In this document: positions 10,081 through 18,091 of the stretch, piece by piece
Position numbering within the stretch: position 1 is the stretch's first letter
Layout: the number at the start of each line of letters is the position of its first letter
Origin: Candidatus Omnitrophota bacterium
GTDB taxonomy: Bacteria > Omnitrophota > Gorgyraeia > Gygaellales > Profunditerraquicolaceae
Direction of reading: 5' to 3'
DNA length: 64,000 bases
Assembly (NCBI GenBank): GCA_022710715.1
Contig: JAKLGJ010000003.1
Span: forward strand, 358,558-422,557
The notes under the pieces: generated by a model
Seen by the model: the letters and a program-made list of their open reading frames with translations, nothing else
What the model was told of the DNA's origin: nothing
The model's database searches: none
Made by a program: the position numbers and the translations under genes

Positions 10081-10158
10081 ATACGAGTATTATACAACTA
10101 AATGCAGCGGCAGGCAGAAGAAATTTCGGAAGGCGAGAATTTTAAAGTACGCGCGCGC

Positions 10159-11445
10159 TCAACGTTTATGGAAACCGCCGGACCGGCGATGCTGGTCAAA
10201 ACGGCCGCGGGAATGCTGCGAAGGCCGGTGCTGCCCGCCGGAATGATATCCGCCCGGACGATGCGCGCCGGACAAGCCGGCAGTGAACTGCTCCGCGGGA
10301 ATATCCTTATGTTTGGAAACCGGCAAAGTGACCCGGATAAGCTTTTCGATATCCTGAACTTCGGTTTTCTGATCCGGGGTGGCAAACGATATGGCGTGCC
10401 CCTTATGGCCGGCTCTGCCGGTGCGCCCGATGCGATGCACGTAATTCCCCGCGTCTTCCGGCAGATCATAGTTGATCACCAGCTCTATTCCGGTCACGTC
10501 GATACCGCGGGCCGCGATATCCGTAGCTACCAGCACTTTATAAGAACCTCTTTTGAAACCTTCCAGTGCTTCCCGACGCTGGTTCAGGGAACGGTTGGAA
10601 TGTATTTCAGCGGCGTTAAAACCCATCTCTTTGACTGCGCGGGCGATTTTGCGCGCGCCGATCTTGGTCCGGGTAAACAACAATACCGCGCCGTGATACT
10701 GCGCCAGCACCTTGCCTAAAAGCTTGATCTTCGATTCTTTCTTAACGATAAAAAGCTCCTGGGTAACCAGTTCCGCGGCAGTGCCGGACGGAGCGATCTC
10801 CACGCGCACCGGCAATTTCATATGCCCGGTAGCCATCTTCATGATCTCGGGGGGCATGGTGGCGGAAAAAAGCATGGTTTGCCGGTTTTTCGGCACGACT
10901 TTCAGAATCTTATCGATCTGCGGAGCAAACCCCATATCCAGCATACGGTCAGCTTCATCAAGCACGAGCATGGTCACTGCTTCCGGAATGAAATGCCATT
11001 CCCGGATATGATCGATCAGGCGGCCGGGAGTAGCGATAACCACCCGGGGATTACGCTTGAGCGCCATAATCTGATCATCCATGGGCGCGCCGCCGATAAG
11101 ACAGGCGGTTTTGATGCCAAAAGGATGGGCAATGCCCCGTATAGCTTCCTCTATCTGTATGGCCAGCTCTCGTGTCGGCGCAAGCACCAGGCCAACTCCT
11201 TTAGTCTGGGCTAAGAACTGCACCATGGGGATGGCAAAAGAATGGGTCTTGCCGGTACCGGTCTGGGCAATGCCCACTACATCTTTACCTTCAATGGCAA
11301 TAGGAATAGCCTTCTGCTGTATGGGCGTGGGGGCCTTAAATTTAATATGATCGAGTATTTCCAGGATCCTGGGCGCGATCCCCAGGCCGTCAAAACCGCT
11401 GACGTGCGGTAAAACTATCTTTGGAACTTCACTATTTTGGTTCAT
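10159..11445 (-). CDS. DEAD-box ATP-dependent RNA helicase with a C-terminal Arg/Gly-rich tail
   Basis: Motif I AQTGTGKT, Ia PTRELA, II DEAD, III SAT, VI HRIGRTGRAG. The tail contains RGRFDQHRRSGG. Confidence 0.9.
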   Translation of the reverse strand: MNQNSEVPKIVLPHVSGFDGLGIAPRILEILDHIKFKAPTPIQQKAIPIAIEGKDVVGIAQTGTGKTHSFAIPMVQFLAQTKGVGLVLAPTRELAIQIEEAIRGIAHPFGIKTACLIGGAPMDDQIMALKRNPRVVIATPGRLIDHIREWHFIPEAVTMLVLDEADRMLDMGFAPQIDKILKVVPKNRQTMLFSATMPPEIMKMATGHMKLPVRVEIAPSGTAAELVTQELFIVKKESKIKLLGKVLAQYHGAVLLFTRTKIGARKIARAVKEMGFNAAEIHSNRSLNQRREALEGFKRGSYKVLVATDIAARGIDVTGIELVINYDLPEDAGNYVHRIGRTGRAGHKGHAISFATPDQKTEVQDIEKLIRVTLPVSKHKDIPAEQFTAGLSGAHRPGGYHSGGQHRPSQHSRGRFDQHRRSGGFHKR

Positions 11446-11460
11446 TCTTCCTCCATAAAC

Positions 11461-11559
11461 AAAAATACCGTAAAGGTTAGCGCTCTGTCTTCCTTTACGG
11501 TACTAAGACATCTAATCTTTCTTACTGTACTAGTATACACTATTTTACCGTTTTGTCAA
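11461..11559 (-). promoter_or_regulatory. Sigma70-type promoter (TTGACA-N16-TATACT) plus a cold-shock-type leader with hairpin and U-run, driving the DEAD-box helicase
   Basis: Minus-strand -35 is at 11554-11559 and -10 at 11532-11537. The leader hairpin is accgtaaagg/cctttacggt (11467-11501), followed on the transcript by a U-run. The architecture matches the leaders of the two cspA genes. Confidence 0.45.
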
Positions 11560-12124
11560 CTAAATTCTTATTGACTGCCATTTTCCAGAGCAACCATGCG
11601 CCGGCAGTAAAACAAACCAGCATGGTCACTACGGCTACCCCCCTGATCCCGGTGGCAATCGCCGTATCATATTGCAGAACATTCATTTCGCTCAATAAAT
11701 ACTCCCAGTCGTGGATCACGTTATCCCCGCCAAAAGGGGTCACCATGGGTAATTCCAGGCGGCGGGCATCCGCCAGATAGGTGGCGATGTAAAATAGATT
11801 GGTGGATATCCAGCCGAAAGATAGAGCCATGCCGAAAAACTCTTTCTGGCGGTAAAAATTGAATATGGCGAAGACCGGAATGGCCAGTTGAAGGATAGTG
11901 CCTCCGGCCACCCCCATGGTCTGCCCCAGAGGCATGAACACCAGATGACCTAATTCGTGAATACCGAGATTGATCCCCCCCAGAACGCTGGTGTAAACCG
12001 GGTCAGCCAATTGCCGGAACAAAACATAGACAAAATAGACCAGTAAAGGCAACCGGGCCAGCCAATTCTTCCCCCGGCACCACTCTGCAGCTTCATCCAG
12101 CAAATTTTCTACAGATTCCCGCAA
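11540..12124 (-). CDS. Polytopic membrane protein with an intramembrane HExxH motif (possible metalloprotease-like)
   Basis: It has 4-5 hydrophobic helices, and GIHELGHLVF lies inside a predicted TM helix. No confident family call. Confidence 0.35.
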   Translation of the reverse strand: MRESVENLLDEAAEWCRGKNWLARLPLLVYFVYVLFRQLADPVYTSVLGGINLGIHELGHLVFMPLGQTMGVAGGTILQLAIPVFAIFNFYRQKEFFGMALSFGWISTNLFYIATYLADARRLELPMVTPFGGDNVIHDWEYLLSEMNVLQYDTAIATGIRGVAVVTMLVCFTAGAWLLWKMAVNKNLVDKTVK

Positions 12125-12192
12125 ATGAACCTCCGGTTATTATCATAAACCATTATACTGCCAAGAGTTCTGCAAAACAACCAATTATTGAC

Positions 12193-12234
12193 AAAAAAAA
12201 CCCCGCCATGCGCCATCAAAACGCATGAGCGGGG
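12193..12234 (-). terminator. Rho-independent terminator after cspA
   Basis: A 13-bp-arm hairpin ccccgccatgcgc / gcgcatg-a-gcgggg (12201-12234), followed on the minus strand by T8 (plus-strand a-run at 12193-12200). Confidence 0.55.
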
Positions 12235-12249
12235 TTTGTTTAAGGCAAT

Positions 12250-12450
12250 TTATAACTTCACTACATTAGTAGCTTGTTCGCCTTTCGGACCTTTGGTAAT
12301 CTCGAATTCGACTTCCTGTCCGTCGGTCAATGTCTTGTACCCTTCTCCAACGATAGCGCTATGATGTACGAATACATCGGCGCCTGACTCGGGAGTGATA
12401 AAGCCATAACCCTTTTGGTTCGAAAACCACTTCACTTTACCTTTTGCCAT
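12250..12450 (-). CDS. cspA: Cold shock protein, CspA family
   Basis: [21 protein letters not shown]...VFVHHSAI: RNP1 motif KGYGFI and RNP2 motif VFVHH. 66 aa. Confidence 0.9.
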   Translation of the reverse strand: MAKGKVKWFSNQKGYGFITPESGADVFVHHSAIVGEGYKTLTDGQEVEFEITKGPKGEQATNVVKL

Positions 12451-12593
12451 TCTACTTCCACCTTCCTTTCTTCAATAGTGTAGTAAATTAAGACAAAAAA
12501 ACCGAAAGGCTAGCAATCTACTCCTTTCGGTCCTAGACTTCTAATCTTCATTTACTACAGTGATAAGTATACCATTCTCCGGCTATTTGTCAA
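12451..12593 (-). promoter_or_regulatory. Consensus sigma70 promoter (TTGACA-N16-TATACT) and a roughly 115-nt cspA 5' leader containing a hairpin plus U7 attenuator-like element
   Basis: Minus-strand -35 is at 12588-12593 and -10 at 12566-12571. The leader hairpin is ccgaaagg...cctttcgg (12502-12530), followed on the transcript by uuuuuuu (plus-strand a-run at 12495-12501). Confidence 0.5.
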
Positions 12594-12603
12594 CTTTTAT
12601 TTA

Positions 12604-13290
12604 TCAAAACAATTTATGCTCTTTAAAGCTGAAAAAAGCCTGCCTGGCGACAATAATATGATCCAGGACTTCAATGCCCAGGATCTCTCCGGCTGCAGCC
12701 AGGCGTTTATTCACCAGAATATCGTCTTCGGAAGGCTGGGTATCTCCTGAAGGATGATTATGCGCCAGAATAACCTGAACTGCCAGGCATTTTACCGCAG
12801 GTTCAAAGACTTCCCGGGGATGGACCAAACTGGCGTTGACCGTGCCCATGGAAATCACTTCCCGATGTATCTGCTGATTACGGGTATCCAGGAAAAAGAT
12901 CACAAAATGCTCTTTCTTGCTCTCCCGGATATCTCTCAAACTGTCAAAGACATCCTGCGGCGAGAGCAACTGCGCGATCCCGGCTTTCTTATCCAGAAAA
13001 AATCTGCGGCCCAACTCCAGACAAGCCAGGATTGAACAGGCTTTTGCCTGACCAATGCCTTTCACCTTACGGCATTGTTCCAGGCTGATCCGGGAGATAT
13101 CCGGCCCGGACAAGAACGCGCGTAAAGCCGCTTCTGCCAGCCCCAGGGCGCTTTTTCCGGGACACCCGCTGCGCAGAATGATCGCTATCAGTTCGGTATC
13201 GCTTAAACGATCCGGACCGTATTTGACCAGCTTTTCCCGGGGACGGTCGATCGAAGGTAAATCGTGGATAGTGATGCGTTGAGCCGGCAT
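12604..13290 (-). CDS. radC: RadC-like JAB/MPN domain protein (UPF0758)
   Basis: JAMM motif HNHPSGDTQPSEDD, and an N-terminal HhH-like region (LSDTELIAIILRSG). Confidence 0.8.
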   Translation of the reverse strand: MPAQRITIHDLPSIDRPREKLVKYGPDRLSDTELIAIILRSGCPGKSALGLAEAALRAFLSGPDISRISLEQCRKVKGIGQAKACSILACLELGRRFFLDKKAGIAQLLSPQDVFDSLRDIRESKKEHFVIFFLDTRNQQIHREVISMGTVNASLVHPREVFEPAVKCLAVQVILAHNHPSGDTQPSEDDILVNKRLAAAGEILGIEVLDHIIVARQAFFSFKEHKLF

Positions 13291-13377
13291 GATAAAACCT
13301 CCTTTCGCGCATAACGCTTTTACTCTAATAGACGCAAAAAGAGGCTGAATCTAACAGTTTTTTTTAAAAGGCAGGTT

Positions 13378-13857
13378 CTAACGATTGAGTATCCAGATGA
13401 AATAATTCAACACTGCGGCAAAACCGACCCAGGCCAGATACGGCACCAGCAGCAGCCCCGCGGGTTTGGAAAGGCGGTAAAAAACAATCACCATGGCCAG
13501 GATCAGGGTCCAGAGCACCCAGATCACTGCCAGGCCGCCCAGAGGCCAGCGCAACCCGAAAAAAACTCCCGACCAGACGACGTTCAAAGCCAGTTGCACC
13601 ATGAACAACGCTTTAGCTCTTCTGGCTGCGACGGAAACAACAGGATTTTTCCAGATCAAAAACAGGGCTACCCCCATCAAAAAATAGAGCCCTGTCCAGA
13701 CCGGAGCGAAAATCCGGTCAGGCGGAGTAAACGCCGGTTTGCTCAACGCAGCATACCATCCGGGTATGGCCGGTTGGGTGTAGAGCGCGCCGAGAAAACC
13801 CGCCAGCTGGCAGATAAAAATACTGGCGATACATTTCGATCTGTTATTTAATTGCAT
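13378..13857 (-). CDS. tspO: TspO/MBR family tryptophan-rich sensory protein
   Basis: 159 aa with 5 TM helices and a Trp-rich sequence. It carries the characteristic W[YF]..L.KP...PP..F..VW..LY pattern. Confidence 0.75.
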   Translation of the reverse strand: MQLNNRSKCIASIFICQLAGFLGALYTQPAIPGWYAALSKPAFTPPDRIFAPVWTGLYFLMGVALFLIWKNPVVSVAARRAKALFMVQLALNVVWSGVFFGLRWPLGGLAVIWVLWTLILAMVIVFYRLSKPAGLLLVPYLAWVGFAAVLNYFIWILNR

Positions 13858-13861
13858 ACGC

Positions 13862-15715
13862 CTACCATGCCAGGATCACCGCAGTCAGGTCATCGTACTG
13901 CGGCGCCGATCCCTGAAAACCGTTGAACTGCGCTTCCATGCCGCGCAGCACGGCGTCGCCGTCTTGACCGCGTAACGCGTAAAAAGTTTCTTTGAGCCGT
14001 TCGGTGCCGAACTCCTGCTGTTTCCCGTTGCGGCCTTCTGTCCAACCGTCGGTATACATGAACAGCCTGTCCCCCGGCATAACCTGTCGCCTTACGGTAG
14101 TATAGGCACAGCCGGGCATCAACCCCAGCGGAGCTGCCGAAGCCTGGCATAATTCTTCCAGCCGGTCAGCGGCGCCCGTGGTATACAGCAGCGCCGGGTG
14201 GCCGGCGCACGCGCCTTCCCAGAAACCTTCGCGCCCATGCACGATCAGGTATTGCCCGGTGACAAATCGTCCCTGGAGCAACGCCACCAACTGATCGTTC
14301 AACCGGGAGAGGACCTGCGCAGGATCGCGGGAATCTTGGGCCAGGACCCGCAGCAGGGAGATCGTCTGGGCCATGATCAACGCCGCCGGCACTCCCTTAC
14401 CGCTGACATCGCCGATGAACACCCCGTAAGTCGATTCATCCAGCCGGATCACATCGTATAAATCGCCTCCCACGAATTTTGCGGGTTTGAGGAACGTGCG
14501 CAGCTGCGCCGCCCCGATCTGCCGCAGGTCCGCAGGCAGAAAACTGCGCTGGATGGAAGCGGCGATCTCCAGCTCCTTCTCCAGAATTCGCCTTTTCTGC
14601 GTTTCTTCCAGGAATTTCAACAGCAAACCCGAGACGTACACTGCCGCGATACCGGCAAGGGGCGTAAACAGATCGATGAAGATGCCCCGCCCAGAAAAAA
14701 GCCCCCAGGCAGCGCCGGTAAACAACGCCGCCAGTCCGATGCAGAGCAAACCCGCCTGCACCGGCGCCGCGATCAAACATATCCACAGCGCAGCCAGGAA
14801 TACGGCGCCGGCAATCAACGCTCTGACGCCCGGACCGGCCCGTTTGACAAATGCCTGGCGCAGAATAGTATCGCAGATGCTCGCCTGCGCGCCGACCATG
14901 GGATACACCGGCTCCAGCGGCGTGCCGCGAAAATCGGAAGTTCCGGTGGCAGTCAGCCCCACAAAACAGATTTTATCCTTGAATACGTTCAGATCGAGGG
15001 CGGCAGGTTGATTATTTTGACGGGCGACATAGGCTTGAAGCACATCGCGATAGGAATAATGTTTGAATGTCTCTTTCCATCGACCGGGGAAATTCACCCA
15101 GAAGGCTCCCCTGGCATCCACCGGCGCGGGGATCTGCGCGGGCGGTTTTCCCAGAAACCCGGCAGCAGCCGCTAATCCCAGAGAAGGCCAGAGAACATCC
15201 GCCTGGCGGACAAAAAGCGGAACTCTGCGCACTTTGCTGTCGGCATCGACAAAGATGTTGATCTGCCCGATCCCGGCGACAACCGGTTCAAGCGGCGCCG
15301 CCACCGCAGACAATGTTCCAGTGGCCGCGGGAAGACCGGCCCCCTCCCGGAGCGAAAATGCGACCGGCAGGATCACCCTGCCGGATTTAGACAATGCGTC
15401 TATCAACAAAAAATCGTTTTTGCCGGGTTCGCTGAAAAGGATATCAAAAACGATAAGCCTGGCTTTGCTGCCGGATAAGATCTGGATCAAGCTCGCATGA
15501 AACGTCCGGGGCAACGGCCAGCGCCCCAGTTCTTTCAACGTGGAGTCATCGATTTCGATAATCGCGATTTCCGGACTGACTGCCTGCCTGGGCCGGGAAC
15601 GCATCAGCCAGTCATAACCGATCATCTCCTGTTTTTCAAAAACCCCGGTCACCGCCGCAGCGCCGATGATAAGAACGCCGGCAGCCGCAACCGACCACAG
15701 CCAGGCGCGCTTCAC
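13862..15715 (-). CDS. CHASE2 extracytoplasmic sensor fused to a SpoIIE/PP2C serine phosphatase (RsbU-like)
   Basis: Signal/TM start, then a roughly 270-aa CHASE2 region including the conserved CFVGLTATGTSDFRGTPL..YPMVG block. Three TM helices follow, then a PP2C domain (EIAASIQRSFLP ... GGDLYDV ... GDVSGKGVPAAL ... YTDG). Confidence 0.8.
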   Translation of the reverse strand: MKRAWLWSVAAAGVLIIGAAAVTGVFEKQEMIGYDWLMRSRPRQAVSPEIAIIEIDDSTLKELGRWPLPRTFHASLIQILSGSKARLIVFDILFSEPGKNDFLLIDALSKSGRVILPVAFSLREGAGLPAATGTLSAVAAPLEPVVAGIGQINIFVDADSKVRRVPLFVRQADVLWPSLGLAAAAGFLGKPPAQIPAPVDARGAFWVNFPGRWKETFKHYSYRDVLQAYVARQNNQPAALDLNVFKDKICFVGLTATGTSDFRGTPLEPVYPMVGAQASICDTILRQAFVKRAGPGVRALIAGAVFLAALWICLIAAPVQAGLLCIGLAALFTGAAWGLFSGRGIFIDLFTPLAGIAAVYVSGLLLKFLEETQKRRILEKELEIAASIQRSFLPADLRQIGAAQLRTFLKPAKFVGGDLYDVIRLDESTYGVFIGDVSGKGVPAALIMAQTISLLRVLAQDSRDPAQVLSRLNDQLVALLQGRFVTGQYLIVHGREGFWEGACAGHPALLYTTGAADRLEELCQASAAPLGLMPGCAYTTVRRQVMPGDRLFMYTDGWTEGRNGKQQEFGTERLKETFYALRGQDGDAVLRGMEAQFNGFQGSAPQYDDLTAVILAW

Positions 15716-16131
15716 AACCCGCCTCCCAGCCGTTTAACCATGCGCACCCCGCTGCCCTGATCGTAGAATTCAACTTCATCCATCAGCTTACGCATCAAAA
15801 ACACCCCCCGGCCAGAAGGCCGATTGACGTATTCCCTGCGGGTAGGATCCGGCAGATGCAGGAAATCGAAGCCCTTCCCCTGGTCATGCACGTCCATCGC
15901 CACCTGACGGCTGTCCGCTTCTATATGCACGCTGACCTGCCGGCGTGGATCGGAAGCATTGCCGTGCCGGATAGCGTTGGTCAACGCTTCTTCCAAAGCC
16001 AGCCTGATATTAAAAGCGTCTTCTTCCTGACATCCCAGCGCGCGGATCTTGTGGATCATTCCGTCGATAAAAGGCGTTACCATCTTCAGGTCTGAAAACA
16101 GCAGTTCATCGGCACGAAAAGAGTCTGTCAT
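15712..16131 (-). CDS. Anti-sigma regulatory factor-type Ser/Thr kinase (RsbW/SpoIIAB-like HATPase)
   Basis: 139 aa. N-box LALEEALTNAIRHGN and G-box DQGKGFD. Translationally coupled (4-nt overlap) to the CHASE2-PP2C gene. Confidence 0.8.
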   Translation of the reverse strand: MTDSFRADELLFSDLKMVTPFIDGMIHKIRALGCQEEDAFNIRLALEEALTNAIRHGNASDPRRQVSVHIEADSRQVAMDVHDQGKGFDFLHLPDPTRREYVNRPSGRGVFLMRKLMDEVEFYDQGSGVRMVKRLGGGL

Positions 16132-16139
16132 GGGAAAGT

Positions 16140-16532
16140 TTATTCCAGCGGTTTGCGGGGTTGGATCGTTCCTTTTTGCACCCCGTCGAGAAATTTATCC
16201 AGGTACTGATCCGCTTCCTGCAGACTGGCGAACATCTGCGGCGTAAGCACCTTCATCGTTTCAAAAACCAGCTGCACCTTAGGCTGCATATTCACCAGAG
16301 CCACTGTCCCGCCGCGCTCCTCAATGGCGAGCTTGATCCGGAATACCGCGCTCAAACCCATGCTGCTGATATAGGTCACCTGGCTCATGTCCAGCACCAG
16401 CGCCCGGGCAGCGGGGATCACCGTTTTAACCCTGTCTTCGAACTGCTGATAGGTCTGCGTATTGATTTCGCCCTTCGGGGTCAGCTGATAAATACCTTTC
16501 TCATGCTCCGCGATCGTAATATCGAATGCCAT
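16140..16532 (-). CDS. STAS-domain anti-sigma-factor antagonist (SpoIIAA/RsbV-like)
   Basis: 130 aa. Phospho-serine motif region YISSMGLSAV. It sits 8 nt upstream of the RsbW-like gene. Confidence 0.8.
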   Translation of the reverse strand: MAFDITIAEHEKGIYQLTPKGEINTQTYQQFEDRVKTVIPAARALVLDMSQVTYISSMGLSAVFRIKLAIEERGGTVALVNMQPKVQLVFETMKVLTPQMFASLQEADQYLDKFLDGVQKGTIQPRKPLE

Positions 16533-16541
16533 AACCTCTCC

Positions 16542-17516
16542 TTATCTTTTCCGGCCGCCGCCCCCCCCGCTTCTGGGTGCTTTGGCGGGAGGCGGATTCT
16601 TAGGCGCTTGCGCATTCTTAGCCGGTTGAGCATCCTTGACCGCCTGCCCATCCTTGACCGGCAGGATCATCTTCTGCGCAGCCGGGCTGTCTTTGATCTG
16701 CTGTTTGATCTCTTCGGCCTGCTGCGCGCGCGCGGGCTGATCTCCGCTGCGCAAAGGTCTGAACCCTTCGCCGGCGGACTGCTTGATCCGCTGCTTGAAA
16801 TCCTGGCGGTTGAAAGCCGGGCGCTGCTGCCGTTTGACCATCGCTTCGCCGCCGCGCCGGCGCACATCCTGTTTCAGCGATTGCCACTGCTGCCGCCGTA
16901 CCCCGGATACAGGCCGCATCTCTGCCGGCCGCTGGAACTTGCGCACCGTGGTCATTTGCCCGGGCTGAATGGGAGTGAACTGCTGCGAAACCTCGCCGCT
17001 GGACTCGAAATGACGCACATACGGCTGGCTGTCCACAGCTTCCACATCCGTTCCGTCCGCGGTTACTTTGGTCACCCAGTCCGTGCCTCTGGCGCCGGAA
17101 ACGGCAGTGGGAGTGCGGATCTCGAAAGAGCTTCCGCAGGACAAAGCGTTCACGGTGGCAAAAACCTCGCCGTCAGTCATTTCGAGCTTCTCATCGACGG
17201 ACAAAGTCAACCGCACCGTGGTATATTCACTCAAGCGAACAAGATTGGTATTGTCTTCGTTAAAAGCGAGCTCCGCCGAAGACGAACCGCCGGTCTTGAG
17301 CGTATCCCCGGCTTCCAGGATCATCCCCTCTTCGGCCGGAGCATATCCGTCGGCTTCTTTGAGCAAAACTTCCACCGTGCCGCTCAAACTGGTTATTTCC
17401 GCCTGCTGCGCGGTCTGCGCCCGCACAACGTCACCCGCCGGCCAACCGCCGCAGGCCGTCAATAAACCAACGAAAACACCTATCCCGCAGGATAACAAAG
17501 CCGTTTTTCTCCGCAT
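16542..17516 (-). CDS. FecR-domain lipoprotein with a long basic/Gln-rich disordered C-terminal tail
   Basis: Lipobox LLTAC. The FecR-like core is GTVEVL...G...EAGDTLKTGGSSSAELAF.D...RLSE.T...EIRTPTAVSGARGT. The C-terminal 130 aa are low-complexity (Q/R/K/P/A). Confidence 0.6.
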   Translation of the reverse strand: MRRKTALLSCGIGVFVGLLTACGGWPAGDVVRAQTAQQAEITSLSGTVEVLLKEADGYAPAEEGMILEAGDTLKTGGSSSAELAFNEDNTNLVRLSEYTTVRLTLSVDEKLEMTDGEVFATVNALSCGSSFEIRTPTAVSGARGTDWVTKVTADGTDVEAVDSQPYVRHFESSGEVSQQFTPIQPGQMTTVRKFQRPAEMRPVSGVRRQQWQSLKQDVRRRGGEAMVKRQQRPAFNRQDFKQRIKQSAGEGFRPLRSGDQPARAQQAEEIKQQIKDSPAAQKMILPVKDGQAVKDAQPAKNAQAPKNPPPAKAPRSGGGGGRKR

Positions 17517-17537
17517 CGGTTTCTCCCCTCTGACGTC

Positions 17538-18008
17538 TTATCTTGAGATCTTAAGCACTTTGTAGCGCAGGATACCGGCGGGGATCTTGATCTCCACGAT
17601 CTCGTTCTCTTTATGCCCGACCAGGCCTTTGCCCACAGGCGACGTGACCGAGATTTTGCGCTGCTCGAAATCCGCTTCCACCTCGGACACCAGAGTATAC
17701 TCCAGTTCATCCCCGGTATCGACGTTCTGCAGCTTTACTTTCGCGCCGATGAGTACCTCGTCGGCGGAAATGTTCATGTCGTCAAGAACGTGCACGCGGG
17801 AAAGCTTATATTCCAGCTCGGCGATGCGCTGTTCGTTATGCGCTTGCGCCTCTTTTGCCGCGTCATACTCGGCATTCTCGCTCAAATCACCGTGCGCCCT
17901 GGCTTCGGCCAGAGTCCTGGCGATTTCCCTGCGTTTGGCATTCTTGAGAAATTCGAGCTCTTCCAGCAGCTTGTGATACCCGTCCTTGGTCAAATATATT
18001 TCATCCAT
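17538..18008 (-). CDS. greA: Transcription elongation factor GreA
   Basis: Start taken at the internal Met (MDEIYLTKDGY...). It has a GreA N-terminal coiled coil (AEARAHGDLSENAEYDAAKEAQ) and a C-terminal FKBP-like domain (ISVTSPVGKGLVGHKE). Confidence 0.85.
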   Translation of the reverse strand: MDEIYLTKDGYHKLLEELEFLKNAKRREIARTLAEARAHGDLSENAEYDAAKEAQAHNEQRIAELEYKLSRVHVLDDMNISADEVLIGAKVKLQNVDTGDELEYTLVSEVEADFEQRKISVTSPVGKGLVGHKENEIVEIKIPAGILRYKVLKISR

Positions 18009-18091
18009 TCTTTTGACTCCCTGTGTGTTGATCTGCGTAAACTTCCGTAGTGCGTTCATTATAGCACATTTTTGAGCGGTTTACGCATCTG

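Noticed and set aside
16161-17465. 434-aa plus-strand ORF
   Set aside because: It is antisense to the STAS and FecR-lipoprotein genes. The sequence is Arg/Leu-rich, typical of GC-rich antisense frames.
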